This document shows, piece by piece, positions 1-8,481 of a stretch of 32,000 bases of DNA (its first letter is position 1; every line of letters starts with the position of its first letter). The stretch is taken from contig NZ_LT963434.1 of assembly GCF_900199515.1 (NCBI RefSeq), positions 993,272 to 1,025,271 on the forward strand, given 5' to 3'. This stretch comes from Massilicoli timonensis. GTDB lineage: Bacteria; Bacillota_I; Bacilli_A; Erysipelotrichales; Erysipelotrichaceae. The translations under genes and the position numbers were made by a program. The notes under the pieces are model-generated. The model searched no databases. It saw only the letters and a list, made by a program, of their open reading frames with translations, and had not been told where the DNA came from.

Positions 1-15
1 CGTGTTTCCTTATGC

Positions 16-1455
16 TTAATCACCCGTCAGTTCATGATACAGGCGCAAATAATCATTCGCACTCTTTTCCCAGCTGACATCAGTATTCATCGCATTGCGC
101 ACCAGCGTACGCCAGTCATTCGGATGATGGTAGAACACATCAACGGCATTGCCTAACACATGCATCATTTCACCGGAGTTATAGTTGGTAAAGCTGAAGC
201 CGTTTCCGCTCTTGTCATATTCATTGTACGGTGTAACCGTATCGCGCAACCCACCGGTTTCTCTTACCAGCGGCAATGTGCCATAACGCATCGAGATCAG
301 CTGTGAAATACCGCACGGTTCAAACAGCGAAGGCATCAAGAACAGATCACATGCCGCATAGATCTTATGCGCAAGATCTTCATTGTAACCGCGATAGAAA
401 ACGATCTTCCCTTTGTTGCCTTCTTCCAGCTGCGCCATTTTTTCTTCCAATGCGCCTTCTCCGCTTCCTAATACAACGAACTGAATCGGCATCGCACAAA
501 GCTGCGGCAGCTGCTCCATCAGCAGATAGAAGCCCTTTTGCCAAGTAAGACGTGATACACAGCCGACCAGCATCACATTTTCATCCTGCGCCAATCCCAT
601 TTCTTCCTGTAAAGCCAATTTGTTTTTCTTTTTATTCGCTTTTACATTCACTTTATTGAAGTGATAAGGAATTTTTGGATCGTTTGCCGGATTCCATGTT
701 TCCACATCAATGCCGTTTACGATGCCCCAAAGATCATATTGACGCATCTGTAAAACGCCTTCCAGATGTTCTCCGTACTGCGGTGTCAAAATTTCACTTG
801 CATAGCTCGGTGAAACCGTCGTTACCTTGTCCGCATAAAGAATAGCCGTTTTCATAAAGCTGATGCCGCCGTCATAGCGTACCGTACCGTTATCCAGCAG
901 ATAGTATGGCAATCCCAGACAGCTTTCCAGCATATCCGCTCCAAAATTGCCCTGATATGCCATATTATGGATCGTATAGACATGCTTGATCGAAGCATAG
1001 CGATAATCATCACGATGGTTTTCCTTGATCATAGCTGAGATCATGCCGGTATGCCAATCATGGCAGTGCAGCACTTCCGGGAAAAAATCAACCTGATTCA
1101 TCATTTCCACGACCGCCTGCTGGAAATAAGCAAAGCGTTCCCCGTCATCCATATAGCCATACAGATCTTCTCGTTCAAAATAGCCCTGATGCTCTATGAA
1201 ATAATACGTTACGTCATCATGGAAACAACTATATAAACGTACCGGAACCCAGTCATATTTCATATAGACCGCATATTCTTTTTCAAAAGTAAAATCCTGA
1301 TGATAGTTTTTGGCAATCTTCAGATACAGCGGCATGACGACGCGCACATCATTGCCTTTGCGCGCCAATTCCTTCGGCAAAGAACCGATGACATCCGCCA
1401 ATCCCCCGGTCTTGATAAAAGGCAACCCTTCCCCTGCAACATGTAAGATCCTCAT
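16..1455 (-). CDS. glgA: Glycogen synthase, ADP-glucose type (GT5)
   Basis: 479-aa ORF. N-terminus MRILHVAGEGLPFIKTGGLADV carries the KTGGL motif, and the C-terminal half has PSLFEPCG. TAATG stop/start overlap with glgD upstream. Last gene of glgC-glgD-glgA. Confidence 0.95.
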   Translation of the reverse strand: MRILHVAGEGLPFIKTGGLADVIGSLPKELARKGNDVRVVMPLYLKIAKNYHQDFTFEKEYAVYMKYDWVPVRLYSCFHDDVTYYFIEHQGYFEREDLYGYMDDGERFAYFQQAVVEMMNQVDFFPEVLHCHDWHTGMISAMIKENHRDDYRYASIKHVYTIHNMAYQGNFGADMLESCLGLPYYLLDNGTVRYDGGISFMKTAILYADKVTTVSPSYASEILTPQYGEHLEGVLQMRQYDLWGIVNGIDVETWNPANDPKIPYHFNKVNVKANKKKNKLALQEEMGLAQDENVMLVGCVSRLTWQKGFYLLMEQLPQLCAMPIQFVVLGSGEGALEEKMAQLEEGNKGKIVFYRGYNEDLAHKIYAACDLFLMPSLFEPCGISQLISMRYGTLPLVRETGGLRDTVTPYNEYDKSGNGFSFTNYNSGEMMHVLGNAVDVFYHHPNDWRTLVRNAMNTDVSWEKSANDYLRLYHELTGD

Positions 1456-2570
1456 TACAGAATATCTCCTCTGCCGACATAAGCAGGCTCTTCCACTTTG
1501 GCAACCACTTCTTTTACTCTCACGATCTTCGCCTGTTTATCCACAACGGCATTTTCCACATGCACATCTTCACCGATCGTTGCGCCCGGCAAGATCACAC
1601 AGTTTTTTACCACCGCGCCCTTTTTAATGATACAGCCTCTTCCGATCACCGAATTTTCAATCGTTCCTTCAATTTCACAGCCATTGGAAACAACTGATTT
1701 TTTCACATTGGAAGTTTCATAATACTGGGTCGGACTGGAATCATTGGTACGCGTATAGATCGGCCAATCCGGCGCAAACAGATCCTGTGCCGTTTCATAG
1801 TCGATCAAGCGCATATTCGCATCATAATAACTCTTGAAATCGGAAATCGCAGCCACATAGCCATGATGAGCGATTCCGCGAATATCCAGCTCGCTGCATT
1901 CATCGTCGATGATATCACGCAGCGTATACATAGATGAGAATTTAGCTGCTTTTTTTACCAGTTCCATAAACAGCTCTTTGCTCATGACATAAGTATCTAA
2001 TGAAATATTGCGGTTTTTCGCCGTACCGCGGTTTCTTTCGATCGACAGTACGCCCTTTTGCTTGTTCAGATTCAAAACATTGCAGTTCATAAATTCATCT
2101 TTTGCCGTATCAACATTCTGATACAAGATCGTAATATCCGCACCGCTCTCCAAATGCTTTTCCAGCAGCTTGCTGTAATCCATCGAATACACCATATAAC
2201 TCGGTGCGATGATCACATAAGGATATGGCACTTTCTCAATACATTCCATGTTATACATGAACGCAGATACATCATGGTTATACAAATCTGACTGAAGCTT
2301 GTCATCCGTATACAGGATATGCAGCTTCCCGCGTTTAGAATTGATATTGTAATGTCTACCGGTGCCCAAATGCTCCGTCAAAGAACGCGGATTTCTTTTT
2401 ACAAACACTTCGATATGATTGATTCCGCTGTTGCTCATATTAGAGATCGGAAAATCAATGGTGCGGTAACGCCCCAGAAAGGAGAAAGCGCCGATCGGCC
2501 GATGATCCTGCATGCCCTCCACATGAATATTTGATCCTGCGAAATTCACGATGCCGAATGCGTTGCACAT
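1455..2570 (-). CDS. glgD: Glucose-1-phosphate adenylyltransferase, GlgD (regulatory) subunit
   Basis: 371-aa ORF homologous in layout to GlgC (RYRTIDFPISNMSNSGI, C-terminal left-handed beta-helix repeats) but lacking the GGxGxRL nucleotide loop. Its position between glgC and glgA is typical of Bacillota. Confidence 0.85.
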   Translation of the reverse strand: MCNAFGIVNFAGSNIHVEGMQDHRPIGAFSFLGRYRTIDFPISNMSNSGINHIEVFVKRNPRSLTEHLGTGRHYNINSKRGKLHILYTDDKLQSDLYNHDVSAFMYNMECIEKVPYPYVIIAPSYMVYSMDYSKLLEKHLESGADITILYQNVDTAKDEFMNCNVLNLNKQKGVLSIERNRGTAKNRNISLDTYVMSKELFMELVKKAAKFSSMYTLRDIIDDECSELDIRGIAHHGYVAAISDFKSYYDANMRLIDYETAQDLFAPDWPIYTRTNDSSPTQYYETSNVKKSVVSNGCEIEGTIENSVIGRGCIIKKGAVVKNCVILPGATIGEDVHVENAVVDKQAKIVRVKEVVAKVEEPAYVGRGDIL

Positions 2571-2571
2571 A

Positions 2572-3711
2572 CTATTCGACCCCCTTTACACGTTTTGAAA
2601 TCAATTCGATATGTTCACTGTCAGCGCTGCCGACAACAGCTCCTTTGCCGATCTTTACACCGTCCGCAACGATTACTCGATGCAAAACAGCACCGTCGCC
2701 TACTTCGGCATCCGGCATCAGCACACTGTCATATACTTTTGCCCCTTTGCCGACCTTTGCATGCGTAAACAGCACAGAGTTCTTTACTTCCCCGTCGATC
2801 ACACATCCCTGGGTAATAAAAGCACGGTTTACCACACCGTTTTCACCGATATAGTGCGGTGTTGAAGTAACATCTTCCGTATAGATCTTCCAGCTTGGAT
2901 CGCTGAGATCCAGTTCATTGTTTTTATCCAGCAGATCCATATTGGCTTCCCATAAGGAATCGATCGTTCCGACATCCTTCCAATACCCTTTGAATTTCCA
3001 TGCATACAGGCGACGATCTTCTTTCAGCATCGCCGGAATGATGTCTTTTCCAAAGTCATGGTTGGAATCCGGATTCACCATATCCGCCAATAACATCTTG
3101 CGCAGCAGCTTCCAGTCGAAGATATAAATACCCATGGACGCTAAATTGCTCTTTGGATGCTCCGGTTTTTCCTCAAATTCAATGATGCGGTCGGTTTCAT
3201 CGGTATTCATGATACCGAAACGGCTCGCTTCCTTCATCGGTACTTCGATCACGGCAATCGTCGCATCCGCACCGCATGCTTTGTGATGGGAAAGCATCTT
3301 GGAATAATCCATTTTATAGATGTGATCACCTGACAAGATCAGGACATATTCCGGATCAAAGGTATCCACAAAGTCGATGTTCTGTGAAATCGCATCAGCT
3401 GTGCCGCGATATACGTCTAAATTCGCATCTTCCTTTTCTCGCGGCGGAAGTACATAAACACCACTGTTTTTCGCATCCAGGCCCCAGCGCTGTCCAGCTG
3501 CCACATAGCTGTTCAATAAAACCGATTCATACTGGGTCAAAACGCCTACCACTTCGATGCCGCTGTTGGCACAGTTGCTGAGTGGGAAATCGACGATACG
3601 ATATTTACCGCCATAAAAGACGGCAGGTTTCGCTACCTTTTTTGTCAGGGCATGCAGACGCGTGCCGCGACCTCCGGCCAATATCATGGCCAACATGTTG
3701 TTCTGTCTCAT
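2572..3711 (-). CDS. glgC: Glucose-1-phosphate adenylyltransferase (ADP-glucose pyrophosphorylase)
   Basis: 379-aa ORF with [10 protein letters not shown] nucleotide-binding loop, [17 protein letters not shown] and FEEKP motifs. SD-like GGGGG lies upstream of the ATG. Confidence 0.95.
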   Translation of the reverse strand: MRQNNMLAMILAGGRGTRLHALTKKVAKPAVFYGGKYRIVDFPLSNCANSGIEVVGVLTQYESVLLNSYVAAGQRWGLDAKNSGVYVLPPREKEDANLDVYRGTADAISQNIDFVDTFDPEYVLILSGDHIYKMDYSKMLSHHKACGADATIAVIEVPMKEASRFGIMNTDETDRIIEFEEKPEHPKSNLASMGIYIFDWKLLRKMLLADMVNPDSNHDFGKDIIPAMLKEDRRLYAWKFKGYWKDVGTIDSLWEANMDLLDKNNELDLSDPSWKIYTEDVTSTPHYIGENGVVNRAFITQGCVIDGEVKNSVLFTHAKVGKGAKVYDSVLMPDAEVGDGAVLHRVIVADGVKIGKGAVVGSADSEHIELISKRVKGVE

Positions 3712-3743
3712 AATGATAACCCCCTATGGTTTCTTATACAAAG

Positions 3744-3749
3744 ATTATA
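3744..3749 (-). promoter_or_regulatory. Candidate -10 box (TATAAT) for glgCDA
   Basis: Minus strand reads gtaaaaaaagTATAATctttgta about 33 nt upstream of the glgC ATG. The -35 is weak (TAGAAT at 17 nt). A near-duplicate element gTATGATctttgta lies at 3852-3865. Confidence 0.35.
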
Positions 3750-3977
3750 CTTTTTTTACACAAAAAATTCTACTGTTTTAACGGAAATAGGCAAAAAAAT
3801 GTATGCGTTTACATAAAAAGTGCATATATCCGACTCATTTCTTTATTTTTTTACAAAGATCATACACTTTTTATTCTTCAGGAAGCGAAAACAACATTAT
3901 CAATAAATGAAGCTGCTTTCTGCTTCTACTATACACACATCCCAAAGCGAGGAAGGTCATATTTTGTCAGCAGAAAG

Positions 3978-4003
3978 TAAAAAGGCTGCTTATTTCGCAG
4001 CCT
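3978..4003 (-). terminator. Rho-independent terminator after the LRR protein gene
   Basis: Minus strand reads AGGCTGC-gaaataa-GCAGCCT followed by TTTTac, about 20 nt after the stop codon at 4025. Confidence 0.7.
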
Positions 4004-4024
4004 CCTCACAATTCATTCTGTTGC

Positions 4025-7000
4025 TTATTTCGTTTCTTCTTTCTCTTTCTTGCGGCGATAACCAAATACACCTAACAACATCGCTGATAAGAGCGTTCCT
4101 GCTCCCCATACGCCTGCCTGTGTCGTATCTCCTGTTACCACTCCGCCATTGTTTCCGTTCTTGTCCGGTGTGATCGCTTCTATGCTTCCACTGTTCTCTT
4201 CTTCACCATTGTTCAAGATCGTTCCATCCGCATTGACTGCTGCTTCCGGTGCAAGTGGTTTAACTACTCCATTTGCATCTGTCAGCTCTCCACCTTCCGG
4301 CAACGTAACCGTTCCACTTTCATCAATGTGTACTTCATTGCCATTCGGCTTGATCGTATCGCCATTCGCATTGGTGATCGTTCCATCCGGATTCACTACT
4401 GTTCCTCCGCTTGTCTCAATGCTCCCATCTTCCTTGATCGTCGTTCCTGTGCTTGGCACCTTGATCGTTGTGCCTTCATCGGTCGTGATCGTTCCATCAT
4501 TGTTGATCGTGATATCGCCTACGGTCGTATTACCATTCTCTGTTACAACTGATCCATTATCCGGAATCTTGATCGTTGTCCCGTTTTCCGTTGTAATGGT
4601 TCCATCGCTATTGATCGTCGTATTGCCTGATGTCGTTACATCTCCACTTTCCAATACTTCTGATCCTTTATCCGGAATGGTTACCGTTGTACCGCTTTCG
4701 GTGGTAATGGTACCATCCTGATTGACGGTCGTATTGCCTGGTGTAGTAAAGCTTCCATCTGATTCTGCTATTGATCCACCCGGCAAGGTGATCTCTACAT
4801 TTGTATCTCCTACCGGTACATCTTCTGCTTTGTCTACCAGTTTGATATCGACGAAGTGGATCTTTGGATTCATCTTATACATGTCATTTATTTTATAAGT
4901 ATAAGTTGCATAGTCATTTGGCTTGATACCATAAACACGAGTTCCTTCGATCCATGGCATATTATTGGCTCTAGCAGTTGCATCCAATGGTTTTAGATCA
5001 CTGATATGATCCATGATAATACCCGGGAAAGACTCATTAAGATCCGCCCAATAACCTTTCTCTTTATCATAGCCGCCGATCTCTACATCAATAGACTGCG
5101 TTACCAGGTTTGAGAAATTGTTACTGTAGTTTGTAGTAACACCATCCGGAAGATTCAGATATGCGAGATCCGTACCGCTTATATTAACTACTCTATATCC
5201 CTTATTCTTAAAGTTTGGAAGATCCAGATAATGCAGATTAGGCGTGTTGTTTATAACAATATGTCTTAATTCTAGATTCTTTATTCCTTCAAACTTAGTC
5301 AGTTTTGGACAATTACTTGCATAAATCGTATTTAATTTCCCACCATTGCTTACATCCAACACTTCTATATCTGTACGGTTAATTTCTATCTGGGTTCCAA
5401 AGTAGAAAGAATTACCATTAGGATCAGGTTCAAGTTCATCAGTATAACTCGATTCCAAATACGGCGATACAAAAGTTCCGCTTAATCCTGTTCCTCCTAA
5501 ACCGATAAAACCAAGTGTTTTATACCTATCAGCCAGTTTTAGTCCATCATTTGTTAAGTTTTTAGCATTATATAAAGAAAGAATCTGAATATTTTGATTA
5601 TCTTCTACATCAACAGAAGTCAGATTTTCACAATCTTCCGCAAATAATCCCTTGATTTTATTGCCATCAGTTCCACTAACCTTAATGCTTTCCAGCTCAC
5701 CGTTGTTATTCATGAGTACTCGATTGATGTTTTGTAAATTTTTCACTGATGAAGAATCGAAACTCTTGATCTTTGTATTCTCAATGAATAGATGTCGAAG
5801 ATTTGATAAGCTTCCTTCTATCGTATAGTTGTCTTTTGAGGATAAGTCTGTTCCATTTAGATTTAAGGTCGTAATTGTATTGTTAGTACCAAACTTCACC
5901 TTAAATCCTTTTGGCATATTCTGTAGGTTCAATGTCGTAATCGTAGTGTTAGAAGTAAGGTCTAAATCGGTATTGACATTGTTCAAGGTTAAGGTGTTTC
6001 CTGTAAAACCACTAGGAAGAGTGGTTAACTTGGTATCTAGATTTGCCAGTGATAATGATGTCAATGCAGTATAAGCATCTAAGTTTAAGTCGCTCTCTAA
6101 CTTCACATTATTAAGTGTCAGTGATGTTAAAGTAGTTCCACTTGTTGGTAGCTTCACTTCTGTTTCCGGTAAGTTCGCAAGACTTAATGTCGTCAATGTA
6201 CTATTACTAGACAGATCTAATGTAGGTGTCCCTGTCAGACTTGTCCCATCTATGTATAATGTCGTTAATGCTCCTAAGTGCTTGTCTAAGTTTGTAATGC
6301 TTGTAATTCCAGTTGCACCTGATAGGTTCAATGTTCCCATGCTCTTTCCACTCGATGGTAAACTTACGCTTGTTACCTTCGTAGAATTGCTTAAATTCAA
6401 AGTCTTGATTGCACTTACTCCATCGCCTATGCTTACATTGGTCAATGATCCTGCTCCTGTCATCTGGATCTGCTCAAAGTATCCTCCTGTTACTTCCAAA
6501 CTTGTTATCCCGGTGTTGTTTAAGCGCAAGTCTACTCCGTTATCATCTGTACATGTTAAGTTCTCTACTCCCTCTACCTTTGTCAAGGTTGGTATATCTG
6601 CCATTCTGATCAAATATAAATTGGTATTACCTGATCCAAACTTTAATCCGGTGATCTTGCTCTTGAACCCTGCTGCTTCTTTCAATGCAGGCAGGTTTGA
6701 TAGATCGATCTCTCCTTCTACTCCTGAATTGGTAAAGATCAGTTTCTGTAGGCTGCTCTTATTTAATACTGGATCTATGCTCGTTACTTTCGCTATATTG
6801 TTCAAATCTACTGTAACAAGACTATTCAGATTGCTTAATCCATCCAGTGAGGATAACTGTGCCGCTCCATTGATCGTTACACTGGTTACCCCTGTCATAG
6901 TGCTTAACCCTTCTAAACTAGTAAGGTTTGGTACACTGCTTAGATTCACTGTTGTGATCTTCTGAAACTTCTCTAATCCTTGTAGATCGGTCAATTTAGA

Positions 7001-7339
7001 TTTTACAGCATCAGCAGTTGGGTTGAATGTAGTAATATTATTCAACTCTGTCTGTGATAATTTACCATCACTATCTTTATCCCAACTACTTAAATTGTTT
7101 GCGATCCACTGTCTGATGCCTTCATCAGGAAAGTTTGTTTCATTGATCTCATACTTTGCTTCTTCCTGTGCATCTGCCAATACCTGGATACCACTACTTT
7201 CTACTTCATTTACTTCTCCTGTTTCAACAGGTTCTCCCTGTTCCATTGCATGCACCAGGTTCCCACTGATCGTGCTCATCCCTAATAATAAGGCTGTCCC
7301 TGCCGCTGCTTTTGCTTTCATCTTCTTTCTCTTGTCCAT
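4025..7339 (-). CDS. Large secreted leucine-rich-repeat (LRR) surface protein with C-terminal tandem repeats and membrane/cell-wall anchor
   Basis: 1104-aa ORF with AAGGAGG SD. N-terminal signal peptide (KKMKAKAAAGTALLLGMSTISGNLVHA). EF-hand/dockerin-like cap (DKDSDGKLSQTELNNITTF). Dozens of ~22-aa LxxLxLxxN-type repeats. Gly/Thr-rich ~36-aa tandem repeats. C-terminus is GVVTGD, then a hydrophobic helix, then RRKKEKEETK. Confidence 0.85.
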   Translation of the reverse strand: MDKRKKMKAKAAAGTALLLGMSTISGNLVHAMEQGEPVETGEVNEVESSGIQVLADAQEEAKYEINETNFPDEGIRQWIANNLSSWDKDSDGKLSQTELNNITTFNPTADAVKSKLTDLQGLEKFQKITTVNLSSVPNLTSLEGLSTMTGVTSVTINGAAQLSSLDGLSNLNSLVTVDLNNIAKVTSIDPVLNKSSLQKLIFTNSGVEGEIDLSNLPALKEAAGFKSKITGLKFGSGNTNLYLIRMADIPTLTKVEGVENLTCTDDNGVDLRLNNTGITSLEVTGGYFEQIQMTGAGSLTNVSIGDGVSAIKTLNLSNSTKVTSVSLPSSGKSMGTLNLSGATGITSITNLDKHLGALTTLYIDGTSLTGTPTLDLSSNSTLTTLSLANLPETEVKLPTSGTTLTSLTLNNVKLESDLNLDAYTALTSLSLANLDTKLTTLPSGFTGNTLTLNNVNTDLDLTSNTTITTLNLQNMPKGFKVKFGTNNTITTLNLNGTDLSSKDNYTIEGSLSNLRHLFIENTKIKSFDSSSVKNLQNINRVLMNNNGELESIKVSGTDGNKIKGLFAEDCENLTSVDVEDNQNIQILSLYNAKNLTNDGLKLADRYKTLGFIGLGGTGLSGTFVSPYLESSYTDELEPDPNGNSFYFGTQIEINRTDIEVLDVSNGGKLNTIYASNCPKLTKFEGIKNLELRHIVINNTPNLHYLDLPNFKNKGYRVVNISGTDLAYLNLPDGVTTNYSNNFSNLVTQSIDVEIGGYDKEKGYWADLNESFPGIIMDHISDLKPLDATARANNMPWIEGTRVYGIKPNDYATYTYKINDMYKMNPKIHFVDIKLVDKAEDVPVGDTNVEITLPGGSIAESDGSFTTPGNTTVNQDGTITTESGTTVTIPDKGSEVLESGDVTTSGNTTINSDGTITTENGTTIKIPDNGSVVTENGNTTVGDITINNDGTITTDEGTTIKVPSTGTTIKEDGSIETSGGTVVNPDGTITNANGDTIKPNGNEVHIDESGTVTLPEGGELTDANGVVKPLAPEAAVNADGTILNNGEEENSGSIEAITPDKNGNNGGVVTGDTTQAGVWGAGTLLSAMLLGVFGYRRKKEKEETK
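4200..4790 (-). repeat. In-frame tandem coding repeats (~105-110 bp period) in the LRR protein C-terminus
   Basis: gatcgttccatc / aatggttccatc recurs at about 4210, 4376, 4486, 4590 and 4700. The protein repeats are of the form GNTT(V/I)NxDGTITTExGTT(V/I)xIPDxGS. Confidence 0.6.
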
Positions 7340-7368
7340 TCTCTTGTTCCTCCTCCTTTGACTTCTCT

Positions 7369-7394
7369 TGCAACATAATAAACATTATGTTGCA
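7369..7394. repeat. Recombinase-site-like palindrome, copy 1 (core AAAC)
   Basis: tgCAACATAAT-AAAC-ATTATGTTGca, 30 nt upstream of the LRR ATG. Same core orientation as copy 2. Confidence 0.75.
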
Positions 7395-7432
7395 GGTACT
7401 GCTCTCTTTCTTTGTCCACTTAATAAGATTCG

Positions 7433-7458
7433 TACAACATAATAAACATTATGTTGTA
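7433..7458. repeat. Recombinase-site-like palindrome, copy 2 (core AAAC); left inverted repeat of the putative switch
   Basis: TACAACATAAT-AAAC-ATTATGTTGTA. Positions 7434-7458 are the exact reverse complement of 7634-7658. Confidence 0.8.
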
Positions 7459-7483
7459 ATAAAAAAGCACACTTGATGTGTGC
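7459..7483 (-). terminator. Terminator hairpin inside the invertible segment (acts on the minus strand in the sequenced orientation)
   Basis: Minus strand reads GCACAC-atcaa-GTGTGC followed by TTTTTTa. It sits between the recombinase gene and the LRR gene. Confidence 0.5.
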
Positions 7484-7563
7484 GAACTTCCTTTTTTCTT
7501 TATTTTCTCTAATTTCTATTACTTTTCTATCATTAAATCATAGCAAATCACTATGAAAAACGG

Positions 7564-7592
7564 TTTACAAATACTGTAAAATAGTGTATAAA
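7564..7592 (+). promoter_or_regulatory. Sigma-A-type promoter inside the invertible segment, currently pointing away from the LRR gene
   Basis: TTTACA-N17-TATAAA(T) on the plus strand (7564-7569 and 7587-7592). No comparable promoter was found in the fixed DNA between 7340 and 7433 on the minus strand. Confidence 0.45.
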
Positions 7593-7633
7593 TATCTTGT
7601 ATCATAGTTTTATAGATTATTTTTTCTATTTCG

Positions 7634-7658
7634 TACAACATAATGTTTATTATGTTGT
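7634..7658. repeat. Recombinase-site-like palindrome, copy 3 (core GTTT, inverted relative to copies 1 and 2); right inverted repeat
   Basis: TACAACATAAT-GTTT-ATTATGTTGT followed by T6. The arms match copy 2 and only the 4-bp core is flipped. Confidence 0.8.
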
Positions 7659-7662
7659 TTTT

Positions 7663-8481
7663 TTATATCAATCCCAGCCTTTCGATATCCCGCTGATAGC
7701 TCCCTATCCCCTCCTTCAAATAGATCCTTGTTGTATCCATACTGCTGTGTCCCAATAGGTCCGCTAATCTCGATACATCATTGCATACCTTATAATACGT
7801 CTTTGCATATAAATGCCTTAAATTGTGCGGATACACCTTCTCTTCCCTTACCATCGCTTTCTCCCCTAACTTCTTCATCTTCCTCCATATCGCTACCCGA
7901 TCCATGCTCTTCCCGCTCCTCGTCACAAAGATCTTCCCCCTCTCGATCTTCCTCCCTCTTACATACGCCTTGATCTTTCGGATCAGCTTCTTCGGCAACA
8001 AGATCATCCGCTCCTTCCCCTTATTATAGATCTTGATCCTTCCGCTTCGATAATTCTCTACCGTTACATACTGTAATTCACTTACCCGCATCCCTGTCGA
8101 TCCCAATGTCTCCAGCAGCAGCTTCATCCGCTCATCTCCCTGTGCTGCTTCGATCAGCCGATGATATTCTTTCTTCTTTAAGTTCTTTCGCTCTTCCGCA
8201 AATACTTCTTTCTGGATCTTGATGCTTTTCATCCGCAGTTCTTCTTTTCCGATGAAGCGAAAGTAACTGTTTAGTGATGCCAGCATGGAATTGATCGAGC
8301 GCAAGGCATACTCTTTCATCAGTTCGTTTTTATATTCCCTTACTGCTTTTTTCTCTAATGGTGCATCTTTCAGATACCGATAGAACTGCTTGACATCTCT
8401 TTCATACTTCTCGATCGTATGTTCACTTTTTTCATTCTCATACAGATATTCGATAAATGCTTGGATCTCTTTTCTTTCCAT
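7663..8481 (-). CDS. Tyrosine site-specific recombinase (XerC/D-FimB/RecV-like)
   Basis: Catalytic signature residues are present: GMRVSEL (Arg), HNLRH (His-x-x-Arg), LLGHSSMDTTRIY (His...Tyr nucleophile). The track ORF starts at 8523. I prefer the ATG at 8481 (MERKEIQ...), which has an AAGGAG SD and lies downstream of a TATAAT at 8512-8517. Confidence 0.9.
   Translation of the reverse strand: MERKEIQAFIEYLYENEKSEHTIEKYERDVKQFYRYLKDAPLEKKAVREYKNELMKEYALRSINSMLASLNSYFRFIGKEELRMKSIKIQKEVFAEERKNLKKKEYHRLIEAAQGDERMKLLLETLGSTGMRVSELQYVTVENYRSGRIKIYNKGKERMILLPKKLIRKIKAYVRGRKIERGKIFVTRSGKSMDRVAIWRKMKKLGEKAMVREEKVYPHNLRHLYAKTYYKVCNDVSRLADLLGHSSMDTTRIYLKEGIGSYQRDIERLGLI

Larger units (their letters stand above)
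7459..7633. promoter_or_regulatory. Putative invertible DNA segment (175 bp) between inverted sites
   Basis: Bounded by a 25-bp perfect inverted repeat. Contains one good sigma-A promoter (plus strand) and one terminator hairpin (minus strand). A tyrosine recombinase gene ends 4 nt beyond the right site. Confidence 0.6.

Noticed and set aside
276-548. Numerous 60-160-aa ORFs antisense to or nested in glgA, glgD, glgC, folC, pulA, glgP, glgB, pgm and others (for example 1310-1627, 2531-2854, 11310-11804, 14964-15437, 24581-25012, 25858-26169, 28430-28738, 31248-31472)
   Set aside because: These are shadow ORFs inside strongly supported enzymes. They have no ribosome-binding sites or recognisable motifs, and their composition mirrors the opposite strand.
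4149-4721. 190-aa plus-strand ORF, and similar long plus-strand ORFs at 6252-6965 and 7023-7361, antisense to the LRR gene
   Set aside because: They are low-complexity Ser/Val/Pro/Leu translations produced by the repetitive Thr/Gly/Asn-rich gene on the opposite strand. They have no SD and lie entirely within a much better-supported CDS.
7369-7658. The three palindromic repeats as a mini-CRISPR array or REP/MITE elements
   Set aside because: There are only three copies with unequal spacing (64 and 201 bp). One copy is core-inverted and no cas genes are present. Each copy is a self-palindrome of recombinase-site size rather than a CRISPR repeat.
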